Assembly: GCA_913020725.1 (NCBI GenBank)
Contig: CAJWCD010000036.1
Location: 1 to 27,692, forward strand
Length of the DNA: 27,692 nt
From: an uncultured Pseudomonadota bacterium
Lineage (GTDB): Bacteria; SAR324; NAC60-12
Reading direction: 5' to 3'
Each line of letters begins with the position of its first letter. The stretch's first letter is position 1. A program made the translations under genes and the position numbers. The notes under the pieces are model-generated. The model saw only the letters and a list, made by a program, of their open reading frames with translations. It searched no databases and was not told the DNA's origin. This document shows positions 9,035 to 17,306 of this stretch, piece after piece.

Positions 9035-10035
9035 TGGAAGCTGTCATCGGCGTGGTTGGTGCCGGGCGCATGGGCCGTGGCATCGCCTTGAGCTACGCCT
9101 ATTCCGGACAGCGAGTGGCCCTGATTGACCTGAAAGCGCGCAGCACTTCCGAGTGGCAGCAGATGGTTGTCGCTGGCAAAGCTGAACTACGGGCCGATCT
9201 GAATTTTCTTGCCTCTGTTAATTTGCTGAATGAGGGTGAGGTTGAACGCATTCTTAACCTGATCAGCGACCATCACCGGGGCGACGCAAGCACGGTGCTG
9301 GAGCAATGCCCGATCATCTACGAAGGAGTTCCGGAGGTCATGTCCGCCAAGGAAGCCGTACTCGCCTTCGTCAGTGAAGTTGTGCCGAACGATACTGTGA
9401 TCGCCTCCACAACCTCAACCTTTCTGGTAACGGAGTTGGCTAAGTTCGTCCGCTCTCCTGAACGATTCATGAACGCCCACTGGCTCAATCCCGCACACCT
9501 GATGCCGCTCGTGGAAATCAGCAAGAGTGAGCAAACCTCCACTGAGGCCGTCACCCAACTGAGGACATCGCTGGAAGCCATTGGCAAGAAAACTGTGGTC
9601 TGCAATGCCTCTCCGGGCTACATCGTGCCCCGAATTCAAGCGTTGGCAATGAACGAGGCCGCCCGCTTGCTCGAAGAGGGCGTTGCCTCTGCCGAAGACA
9701 TTGACCGAGCGATCCACTACGGCTTTGGTCCACGCTTTGCGATTCTGGGATTGCTGGAATTCATCGACTGGGGGGGCGGCGACATTTTGTACCACGCCTC
9801 CAACTATCTGAGCAAGGCGGTGGATGCCCGTTATCAAGCTCCAGAGATCGTAGTGGAGAACATGCAGCAGGGGCGCAACGGACTGAGGGATGGTGTCGGT
9901 TTTTTCGATTACTCCGAGGTGGACACCGGAGCATACCGGAAGCGGCGACTCGGCGAGTTTGTCGCCCTCATGAAGCACTTGGATTTGCTACCGAAACGCC
10001 CGGCGAGTGAAGCTGACGAACCGCGTTCAGCTTGA
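9034..10035 (+). CDS. 3-hydroxyacyl-CoA (3-hydroxybutyryl-CoA) dehydrogenase family protein
   Basis: 333 aa with VVGAGRMGRGIA, EGVPE, IASTTS, the catalytic His-Glu segment HWLNPAHLMPLVE, PGYIVPR and EDIDRAI. TGATG overlap with the upstream gene. Confidence 0.9.
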   Translation: MEAVIGVVGAGRMGRGIALSYAYSGQRVALIDLKARSTSEWQQMVVAGKAELRADLNFLASVNLLNEGEVERILNLISDHHRGDASTVLEQCPIIYEGVPEVMSAKEAVLAFVSEVVPNDTVIASTTSTFLVTELAKFVRSPERFMNAHWLNPAHLMPLVEISKSEQTSTEAVTQLRTSLEAIGKKTVVCNASPGYIVPRIQALAMNEAARLLEEGVASAEDIDRAIHYGFGPRFAILGLLEFIDWGGGDILYHASNYLSKAVDARYQAPEIVVENMQQGRNGLRDGVGFFDYSEVDTGAYRKRRLGEFVALMKHLDLLPKRPASEADEPRSA

Positions 10036-10821
10036 ACGCGGCAGCGGCACTACACTGCACAGGAAGAACAACACCGCGGCCACGACAATCGAGGGCCCGG
10101 ATGGAGTGTCAAAATGCAGGGAGGTGGTGAGACCAAGCCCCACGGACGCCACTCCAACAAGGGCGGCACCCATGGCCATTTGCTCCGGAGTGCGGCTGTA
10201 ACGCCGAGCAGCCGTTGCAGGAATGATGAGCAGTGAGGTGATAAGCAGGATGCCGACGATCTTCATAGCGAGGGCGATCAATCCGGCGATCAGCAGCATG
10301 AACACCAGTTGCAGGCGCAGGGTGGGAATCCCTTCAGCCTGTGCGAGTGCTTCATCCACCGTCACCGCGAGCAGCGGACGCCAAATCCAGAGGAGCACTC
10401 CGAGTGCCACCCCCCCGCCTCCGTAAATCCAGAGCAAGTCCTTGACGTCAACTGCGAGGATGTCCCCGAATAAATAGCTCATCAAGTCCACGCGCACCCA
10501 TGTCATCAGGCTGATCACCAACATGCCCAGTGAGAGGGAAGCATGCGAGAGGGTGCCGAGTACAGCATCACTCGCAAGTTGCCGTTGCCGTTGGAAGGCG
10601 AACAGGAGCAGCGCCACCACAAGGGCCACCGCAAACACTCCAAGCATGAGGTCAATGCCGAGCAGAAACCCAAGCGCGACGCCAAGCAATGAAGAGTGGG
10701 CCATCGTGTCTCCAAAATAGGCCATCCGCCGCCAGACCACAAAACAACCGAGCGGCCCTGCCACCAATGCCACCCCCGCCCCCGCCAGCAGCGACCGCCA
10801 GAAAAAATCGTCGAGGATCAT
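10027..10821 (-). CDS. znuB: Zinc ABC transporter permease
   Basis: 264 aa, hydrophobic, with GPLGCFVVWRRMAYFGDTMAH, YLFGDIL, KIVGILLITSLLIIPA and DTPSGPSIV. Confidence 0.95.
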   Translation of the reverse strand: MILDDFFWRSLLAGAGVALVAGPLGCFVVWRRMAYFGDTMAHSSLLGVALGFLLGIDLMLGVFAVALVVALLLFAFQRQRQLASDAVLGTLSHASLSLGMLVISLMTWVRVDLMSYLFGDILAVDVKDLLWIYGGGGVALGVLLWIWRPLLAVTVDEALAQAEGIPTLRLQLVFMLLIAGLIALAMKIVGILLITSLLIIPATAARRYSRTPEQMAMGAALVGVASVGLGLTTSLHFDTPSGPSIVVAAVLFFLCSVVPLPRSS

Positions 10822-11606
10822 GACGGCTCTCTAGTTGCAGTTTCGGCGTGCGGCTGTTCCAGATGCACCGCTCCGGACAAGTGATGCGTGTGGTCATGGT
10901 GGTGGGTGTACACGGCCAGGGCGGTGCCGGATTCCAAGCCAAAGAGCCGCAGGTATTCCGGATGTCGGCTCACTTCTTCGGGCTGTCCCTCGCAGCAAAC
11001 ATGCCGATTGAGGCACACCACCCGATCCGTGGACGCCATCACGACATGCAGGTCGTGCGACACCATCAACACCCCGCAGCCATGCCGATCCCGAATGCGT
11101 CCAATCAGTTCGTACAACTTGGCTTCACCCATGTAATCCACCCCCTGCACGGGTTCATCGAGCACCAGCAGTTCCGGATTTCCCAACAATGTGCGGGCCA
11201 ACATCATGCGCTGAAATTCCCCTCCGGACAAGACTTGCACAGGTTCGTCGATCAGGTGGGCTACTCCCGTTTCCTCCAGTGAAGACACAATTTGCTTGCG
11301 GGGATGAGCAGCGGTCAGCGTCATCATCCTTGTCACTGAAAGCGGCAGCACCGGATCCACGGTGAGGCGCTGCGGCAAATAGCCGATCCGCAACCGGGGA
11401 CGCTTGACCACGCGTCCTGAACTCGCGGGCAGCAACCCCAACAGGATCCGCAACAGCGTCGTTTTGCCTGCGCCATTCGGACCGATCACTGTGACGATCT
11501 CTCCCTCAGTCACCGCAAGTGAAACCTGCTCCAACAGTTGCAGCCTCCCGAGTCTCATGGAAATCCCGGAAGCCTGCAGCAGAGTGCGCTCAGCAGAATC
11601 CGCCAT
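10818..11606 (-). CDS. znuC: Zinc ABC transporter ATP-binding protein
   Basis: Walker A GPNGAGKT, LSGGE, Walker B LVLDEP, SHDLHVVM, CLNRHVCC and a His-rich tail YTHHHDHTHH. Confidence 0.95.
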   Translation of the reverse strand: MADSAERTLLQASGISMRLGRLQLLEQVSLAVTEGEIVTVIGPNGAGKTTLLRILLGLLPASSGRVVKRPRLRIGYLPQRLTVDPVLPLSVTRMMTLTAAHPRKQIVSSLEETGVAHLIDEPVQVLSGGEFQRMMLARTLLGNPELLVLDEPVQGVDYMGEAKLYELIGRIRDRHGCGVLMVSHDLHVVMASTDRVVCLNRHVCCEGQPEEVSRHPEYLRLFGLESGTALAVYTHHHDHTHHLSGAVHLEQPHAETATREPS

Positions 11607-11609
11607 CGT

Positions 11610-12092
11610 TCAGACTCCACAATCCCGGCAAATGCCCGTCACTTCCACCGCCTGTTGAGCGACCGCGAAACCTGCATGTTCCGCATCCTGCTGGATGGTT
11701 TGGGCGACCCGACTGCTCTTCAGTTCGGCAACGGTGCGGCAAGCGCGGCAAATCAGGAATTGCGCGATGTGTTCAGAATCGGAGTGCACGCAGGCGGTGA
11801 AGGCGTTCAGACTCGTGAGGCGATGGACCAACCCCTGTTCAATCAGAAAATCGAGAGCGCGGTACACCGTGATCGGAGCCGAACGCCGACCCGAGGAATC
11901 CATTTGCTCCAGAATGTCATACGCGCCCAACGGGGAATGGCTGCCGGCCAAAATCTCCAACACCTGCCGACGCTGTGGAGTCAAGCGCACCTCGTGCTGC
12001 TGGCACACCGCCTCGGCATTGGAGAGAATCTGCAACAGACAAGCGGCGTGGTCATGCCCACGCTCCGGAAATCCTTGCTGTGCTGCGGTCAT
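11610..12092 (-). CDS. zur: Zinc uptake regulator (Fur family)
   Basis: HDHAAC, RLTPQRRQVL, TVYRALDFL, HRL and two CXXC motifs (CRAC, CRDC). Lies in the znu locus. Confidence 0.93.
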   Translation of the reverse strand: MTAAQQGFPERGHDHAACLLQILSNAEAVCQQHEVRLTPQRRQVLEILAGSHSPLGAYDILEQMDSSGRRSAPITVYRALDFLIEQGLVHRLTSLNAFTACVHSDSEHIAQFLICRACRTVAELKSSRVAQTIQQDAEHAGFAVAQQAVEVTGICRDCGV

Positions 12093-12117
12093 ACGGATTT
12101 TTCAATTCATGGGATAG

Positions 12118-12146
12118 TTGACGATGCACTCACTGAGTTCTATAAT
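12118..12146 (+). promoter_or_regulatory. Sigma70 promoter of znuA
   Basis: TTGACG (12118-12123), 17-bp spacer, TATAAT (12141-12146), 43 bp before the znuA ATG. Confidence 0.8.
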
Positions 12147-12161
12147 GTAACTTTATAACAT
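12145..12161. promoter_or_regulatory. Zur box
   Basis: Imperfect palindrome ATGTAACTTTATAACAT resembling the proteobacterial Zur consensus ATGTTATAnTATAACAT. It overlaps the znuA -10 element and start region between the divergent zur and znuA genes. Confidence 0.8.
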
Positions 12162-12189
12162 AGCTTGAGGCAAGAGACAAGAACCCCGG

Positions 12190-13116
12190 ATGCACTTAAA
12201 AGCGGCACTCATTGCCATTTTGCTGACGATTAGGCTGGGAATTTCCAGCGCACAAGCCAGCCCGCAGGTGGTGGTTTCAATCAAACCACTGCACTCGCTG
12301 GTGGCAGGAGTGATGGCTGGAATCGCCCAGCCCAAACTACTGATTCGGGGGCAAGCCTCACCCTACACTTATGCGTTGCGTCCCAGTGGTGCGAGTGCGT
12401 TGCAAGCCGCCGAGGTGGTGTTTTGGATCGGGGAAGAGTCGGAAGCTTTTTTAAGCAAACCGCTCCGCACCCTCGCCCGCAAGGCTGTGGTGGTGGCCTT
12501 GACAGACACGGAGGAGATTCACTGGTTGAGTCTTCGTCAAGGCTTGGTGTGGAATTCCCACGATCGTGAAACGGAAGAATCGTATTCCGGAGACGACCAT
12601 GAAGGCAGGGATCCCCACCTTTGGCTTGACCCCAATAATGCCAAAGTCATGGTGCAAATCATTGTGACCACGCTCCAAGCCGTTGATCCGGAACAAGCTC
12701 AAGCATATCACGACAATGGACAGAGGCTCCGTAAACGACTGGATGCACTGGATGCGGTACTGCGTGAGGGCTTGTCTTCACTCTCCCAAAAACCCTACCT
12801 CGTGTTTCACGATGCCTACCAGTATTTTGAAAAACGCTACAACCTGCACCCCATTGGAGCGGTGACACTCAGCCACGAGCACTCTCCCGGAATGCAGCGT
12901 TTGCAAACGCTCCGCACACAAATGCTGGGTTCCGGAGGGCGTTGTGTCTTCACAGAACCGCAATTTTCGCCTAAACTACTGCGGGTGGTGTCCAACGGAC
13001 TCGAGGTCAAGCATGGGGTGCTGGATCCCATTGGAGCAGAATTGTCGGCGGGGCCGGATTTGTACTTCACACTGCTCAACAATCTCAGCAAATCTTTGCA
13101 GGAGTGCCTGCATTAA
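12190..13116 (+). CDS. znuA: Zinc ABC transporter substrate-binding protein
   Basis: 308 aa with signal peptide, VVVSIKPLHSL, DPHLWLDP, FHDAYQYFE, CVFTEPQF and LDPIG. Divergent from zur-znuCB. The first ligand position reads SPY instead of SPH. Confidence 0.92.
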   Translation: MHLKAALIAILLTIRLGISSAQASPQVVVSIKPLHSLVAGVMAGIAQPKLLIRGQASPYTYALRPSGASALQAAEVVFWIGEESEAFLSKPLRTLARKAVVVALTDTEEIHWLSLRQGLVWNSHDRETEESYSGDDHEGRDPHLWLDPNNAKVMVQIIVTTLQAVDPEQAQAYHDNGQRLRKRLDALDAVLREGLSSLSQKPYLVFHDAYQYFEKRYNLHPIGAVTLSHEHSPGMQRLQTLRTQMLGSGGRCVFTEPQFSPKLLRVVSNGLEVKHGVLDPIGAELSAGPDLYFTLLNNLSKSLQECLH

Positions 13117-13133
13117 CCCATGGAGAACACGAA

Positions 13134-13484
13134 ATGAAAGTCACACGACTGTACACGGGCGACGACGGCCAGTCGCACTTTGAGGACATCGATGTGCCGA
13201 TTTTTGACCACGGAGACATCGGGAAACTGTCAAAACTCATCCCAGCGACCGGAGTGATTTTCCGAGAAACCTCTGGGGATTACCACTACGAATGGCACAA
13301 TGCCCCACGTCGGCAGTACATCGTGATGCTGGAAGGGGAAGTGGACATTGAGGTGGGCGATGGCACCCGGCGGGTGTTTCAAACCGGAGACCTCCTGCTT
13401 GCCGAGGACACCACCGGACAGGGACACCTCAGCCGCGCCGTCAAGGGACAGCCTAGGAAATCGCTCTTCCTGACGTTGGATTAA
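13134..13484 (+). CDS. Small cupin-fold protein
   Basis: 116 aa from ATG 13134 (RBS GGAG at 13122). Motifs LYTGDDGQSHF, WHNAPRRQY...LEGEV and GDLLLAEDTTGQGH are typical of a cupin-like family. Confidence 0.8.
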   Translation: MKVTRLYTGDDGQSHFEDIDVPIFDHGDIGKLSKLIPATGVIFRETSGDYHYEWHNAPRRQYIVMLEGEVDIEVGDGTRRVFQTGDLLLAEDTTGQGHLSRAVKGQPRKSLFLTLD

Positions 13485-13496
13485 CTGCTCACAAGC

Positions 13497-13865
13497 TCAG
13501 TTCCAGAGCTTGAGGATGGCCACGACCAAGCCACCGACCGTCACGGTGGTGCTGAACGACCAAACCATGAAGCGATCCAATCGGCTTGTGATCTCCTCAA
13601 AGCGTTTGTCCACGGCCTCGAAGCGCTTGTCCACAGCATCGAAGCGCTTGTCCATTTGATGCTGCATTTCCTCGAAGCGCTTATCCATCATGGCAAAACC
13701 CTGCTGCATCAATTCCCGCTGATGCTTCAGTTCTTCCTCCACCCGGATCATGCGCTCCCGCAGCTCAATTTCGTAAACCGCTGGAGGCTTGCCCAAGCTG
13801 ACCTCGGTCAGTCACTCTCCAAGGTGCTGTTTGATGAATTCGATGTCCTGCTCTGCGAGTGCCAT
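13497..13865 (-). pseudogene. Membrane-anchored coiled-coil protein (heptad DKRFEAV repeats, DUF1640/CCDC90-like architecture) with an in-frame TGA at codon 18
   Basis: RBS AGAGGT and ATG 13865, then MALAEQDIEFIKQHLGE*LTEVSLGKPPAVYEIELRERMIRVEEELKHQRELM...DKRF repeats...C-terminal hydrophobic helix. The two listed ORFs (13812..14171 and 13497..13796) are in the same frame, separated only by the TGA at 13812-13814. Confidence 0.75.
13597..13690 (-). repeat. Coding tandem repeat, 21-bp period (four DKRF units, one 33-bp interval)
   Basis: Plus-strand units start at 13597, 13618, 13639 and 13672, with core TCGAAGCGCTTGTCCA. Confidence 0.85.
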
Positions 13866-14051
13866 GCTACCTCTTTGCAAAGTGTATCTTATTTTAGACC
13901 ACGATTGATCTTGCTGCGCCACCACGAATCCGTTTGAGGACATGCAAGCCACGACGCCACGACGCATCCGCAGACAATTGCGTTGTGAGTGACTCGGAAT
14001 TCCCGTAATTTGAATGGTTTGTTTTGCACTGAAAATCCGTTTCACGCCACC

Positions 14052-15545
14052 ATGCAGGATTCTTCCGACCAACGCCAAATTCGCCTCGACAAGCTCGCTC
14101 GCATCCGGGAACTCGGCATCGAGCCATATCCCTACGCTTTTGCTGGAACCCACACGGTTCCGGAACTTCATGGACAGGGAGATGCCCTGCTGGAGTCCGG
14201 AGTGTCGGTTCAGCTTTCAGGCCGTCTAATGGCAGTTCGAGGGCAGGGCAAGGCGATGTTTGGAAATGTGCAGGCCCAGCAGCAACGCCTCCAGATTTAC
14301 GTCCGCAAAGACGAGGTGGGTGCTTCTGGATTCGAGCTTTTTGGCCTGTGTGACATCGGAGATTTTCTGGGCATCACCGGGACAATGATGCGTACCAAGA
14401 CGGGGGAGTTGACGCTGCGGGCCAAGCAAGTGGTTTTGCTCTCCAAGGCGATCCGCCCACTGCCTGTGCCCAAGGTGGAGGAAAAGGATGGCGAGCGCAT
14501 TGTCCACGACGAAGTCACGGACAAGGAGTTCCGGTATCGCCAGCGTTATGCCGATCTTGTCCTGAATCCGGAAGTCGCGCAAGTCTTCCGGCAGCGCAAC
14601 ACGATTTTCCAGACGACTCGAAACTACTTGGCCGAGCAGGATTTTCTGGAAGTCGAAACTCCAACGCTCCAAGCCGTCTATGGCGGAGCCAACGCGACTC
14701 CGTTCACCACGCATCACAACGCGCTGGACCAGACCTTCTACCTGCGCATCTCCAACGAACTCTACCTCAAACGCCTGATCTCCGGAGGCTTCGATGCGGT
14801 GTTTGAGTTTGTCAAAGACTTCCGCAACGAGGGCATTGACCGCACGCACAACCCGGAATTCTCGATGCTGGAGTTTTATCAGGCCAATGTGGATTACACG
14901 GCGATGATGCGCCACTGCGAGGAAATCTACAGCCGCTGTGCCCTTGCCCTGAACGGCTCCACGCAGTTCGAGTACGACGGAAAGCTCATTGATGTGAAAT
15001 CACCGTGGCAGCGCCTGACCATGACCGAGGCGATTGAAACACTTGGTGGCCTTGCGATTTCCGGATTGAGTGACACGGAACTCCAAAACTTGCTGGAGCA
15101 ACGCGGCTGGAGTTTGGACGGAAATTGGAACCGAGGCTTGGCGATGCAGTTGGTGTTCGAGGAAACCTGTGAACCGCAACTCATCCAGCCGATCTTCATC
15201 ACCGATCATCCCAAGGAAACCAGTCCACTCTGCAAGACGCACCGCAACAATCCAGAACTGATTGAGCGCTTTGAGATGTTCATCAACGGATGGGAAATGG
15301 CCAACGCCTATTCCGAACTCAACGACCCGGTGGTGCAACGCGATTTGATGGAGGAGCAGGTCGAGCGCGGGCGCGGCGGCGAGGCCGAAACGCACCCGCT
15401 GGATGAGGATTACCTGCGGGCGATGGAATATGGGATGCCACCGATGGGTGGCATCGGCATCGGCATGGACCGCATGGTGATGCTGCTCACCGGACAATAC
15501 ACGATCCGCGACGTGATTCTTTTTCCCACCATGCGTCCGGAATAG
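14052..15545 (+). CDS. lysS: Lysine--tRNA ligase (class II)
   Basis: OB-fold anticodon domain, RYRQRY, FLEVETP, ELYLKRL, FRNEGID.THNPEF, NAYSELNDP, EYGMPPMGGIGIGMDR and IRDVILFP. The start is placed at ATG 14052. Confidence 0.97.
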   Translation: MQDSSDQRQIRLDKLARIRELGIEPYPYAFAGTHTVPELHGQGDALLESGVSVQLSGRLMAVRGQGKAMFGNVQAQQQRLQIYVRKDEVGASGFELFGLCDIGDFLGITGTMMRTKTGELTLRAKQVVLLSKAIRPLPVPKVEEKDGERIVHDEVTDKEFRYRQRYADLVLNPEVAQVFRQRNTIFQTTRNYLAEQDFLEVETPTLQAVYGGANATPFTTHHNALDQTFYLRISNELYLKRLISGGFDAVFEFVKDFRNEGIDRTHNPEFSMLEFYQANVDYTAMMRHCEEIYSRCALALNGSTQFEYDGKLIDVKSPWQRLTMTEAIETLGGLAISGLSDTELQNLLEQRGWSLDGNWNRGLAMQLVFEETCEPQLIQPIFITDHPKETSPLCKTHRNNPELIERFEMFINGWEMANAYSELNDPVVQRDLMEEQVERGRGGEAETHPLDEDYLRAMEYGMPPMGGIGIGMDRMVMLLTGQYTIRDVILFPTMRPE

Positions 15546-15759
15546 CACCTGCGGTGAAACTCAGGACATTTTGCGCAGCTACCCGCACTTGCGAGGATTT
15601 TCCTTTTGGAGAGGTGATCCGGTTGGTCGAGTGATCAGTGCAGTCGTAGGCGGCAACCCAGAACATGGTTCTCGCCAGTCCCCAAACGCTGACGATGCTC
15701 TTTGAGAGCTTCAGAGTGACCGAGGGGCTCCAAGCCTCAGCACGGAAAGCGTTGGAGAA

Positions 15760-17010
15760 TCAGAAGGAAAGCGTGTAGGCCAGAATTGGCCCGGAGGTGG
15801 GAGACCATTTCCAAGAGAGAAAGCCACTGGAGCGACCCTCGGCACGCAGGGCGTCGACAGTGTCGCGGCCTTCAATGTAGCGATAACCACTGTAAATGGT
15901 GGCACCCCCCAAAATCCAGGGCAGGTACTGGTCGATTCCAGAGTCGATTTTGATGATGCCACTGGCCGAAAGCACGGCTCCTCCTGCGGCAGCGATGGCG
16001 GCGATCGTCCAGAATTCTTCGTTCTCCTGAGCCGCAGCATATTTTCTGGCCCAGCGGTTTTCACCCGTGTCCTCCTGTACAAGCTGCTGAGGCACTAACT
16101 TCAGCGGTTTCGTGCGGGGAGCGATGCGTTTTTGAGTGTCGAGTTCTTTGCGGGTTTGCGCGATCAGGGTGATCTGCTTGTTCTTGTTCACATAGGTCCG
16201 GACCTGATCACCGATGAGCACCGATGACCGCCTCTGGATGAGGTTGATTTCCGAGGACATGTCGTTCACACGGATGGCTTCGGCAATAGCGATGTTCTCG
16301 AAATTAAGTTCCAGTGGCTGTCCCTCCAGCGTGGAGGTCGCAGTCGTTGGACGGAACACCACCAGTCGGTTGCCGACCTTGAGTCCATGCGCTCGTCCCA
16401 AGTCCACCGTAATAGTGGCGGCGTTGAGCTTGAGGACATATCCGCGCAGTTGGGTGTTGTGTGAAATGCGCAACGCCATTTGGAAAAGAGAGTCGTGGAG
16501 CCGGGCATCCGTGAAGCGCACCTCGTCATCGTAATCGATTTCGATGGTCAGCACGTCCACAATTTTCGCTCTCAGCACCAAGCCCTGCACCTCGTTGCCG
16601 TTTTCATCCAGAATCGTCTCCGCCCGCACACTGCCCACCAAAACCTTGTCGGCGTTGAAGAGTTTGCCGATCAAAACCCCGCAGGCGATGTCGTGGCAGT
16701 CTGCCAGGGTGGGGTCGCGCTCCTGAATCTGTGCGTTCCACTCTGAGGGGCCGACGACGGTGAAATGGTTGGTGTTGAAGAGGTTGAGCTGCAGGGCGTG
16801 GCCAATCTTCTCGGCGGCGGTCTCCGTGAGATCATAGGGCAGTAGCGTGAGCAGCAGCACCTTGACGCGGCCATCCTCGCTGAAGCCACTGACAAGCTGG
16901 TTGTCGTAGTTGAAGGTGTTGCCCTGAAGGAAGTCGGATTGTGCGGTCGCCGTAAAGGAGGTGAGCAGGAAGGTGAGCGCAGTGAGGAGTTGGAGCCCGA
17001 AACGGTTCAT
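15760..17010 (-). CDS. Secreted/envelope hypothetical protein (CsgG/TolB-N-like domain, FlgT-C-like beta domain, C-terminal hydrophobic segments)
   Basis: 416 aa from ATG 17010 with signal peptide MNRFGLQLLTALTFLLTSFTATAQ. C..IAC..LIGKLFNADKVLVGSV resembles the CsgG/TolB-N fold and VDLGRAHGLKVG resembles the FlgT C-terminal motif. Ends in YTLSF. Domain calls are by eye. Confidence 0.7.
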   Translation of the reverse strand: MNRFGLQLLTALTFLLTSFTATAQSDFLQGNTFNYDNQLVSGFSEDGRVKVLLLTLLPYDLTETAAEKIGHALQLNLFNTNHFTVVGPSEWNAQIQERDPTLADCHDIACGVLIGKLFNADKVLVGSVRAETILDENGNEVQGLVLRAKIVDVLTIEIDYDDEVRFTDARLHDSLFQMALRISHNTQLRGYVLKLNAATITVDLGRAHGLKVGNRLVVFRPTTATSTLEGQPLELNFENIAIAEAIRVNDMSSEINLIQRRSSVLIGDQVRTYVNKNKQITLIAQTRKELDTQKRIAPRTKPLKLVPQQLVQEDTGENRWARKYAAAQENEEFWTIAAIAAAGGAVLSASGIIKIDSGIDQYLPWILGGATIYSGYRYIEGRDTVDALRAEGRSSGFLSWKWSPTSGPILAYTLSF

Positions 17011-17306
17011 CCCTGAAAGTCTATGGCAAGCGTCAATTGTTGCGGCGATCTCAAGCCTCCGAAGCCCATCCCCGGATTCCACAGCCAAGCAAGAAAAAGA
17101 CCAAAGGCCCGGAGGCGAGAGCCAGCTTGAATCCGCTTGGAAACACGGCCTGCCCACACAAAACCTTGGGAGAGTCCAGAGGCATTTTGTGCCTGAAGCG
17201 GAGAATAGCCGGGGTTTCGGGAATTTCGGCTTGAAGAAAACGACATTCAAGCCTATTCTAAAGAGTTTGTAATTTACGAAACGCCTCACTCTTTATCAGT
17301 CCCGAC

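Noticed and set aside
13597..13690. Repeats as a CRISPR array
   Set aside because: The units are contiguous, in frame and coding, with no unique spacers and no cas genes.
13812..13814. Selenocysteine or genetic-code reassignment at the in-frame TGA
   Set aside because: The context is not a redox Cys site, I see no convincing SECIS hairpin, and many intact genes in the window end in TGA.
13948..13965. Direct repeat GCCACGAC x2 upstream of lysS
   Set aside because: Only two short copies in GC-rich DNA, compatible with chance.
15608..15685. GGAGAGGTGATCCGGTTGGTCGAG resembling the 5' end of a tRNA-Ser
   Set aside because: No T-arm (GTTCGAATC) and no complementary 3' acceptor strand, so no cloverleaf can be built.
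15698..15750. GAGAGC...ACCGAGGGGC...CTCAG loosely like a glycine riboswitch aptamer
   Set aside because: Conserved core bases do not match well, and the region lies between convergent gene ends with no downstream gene to regulate.
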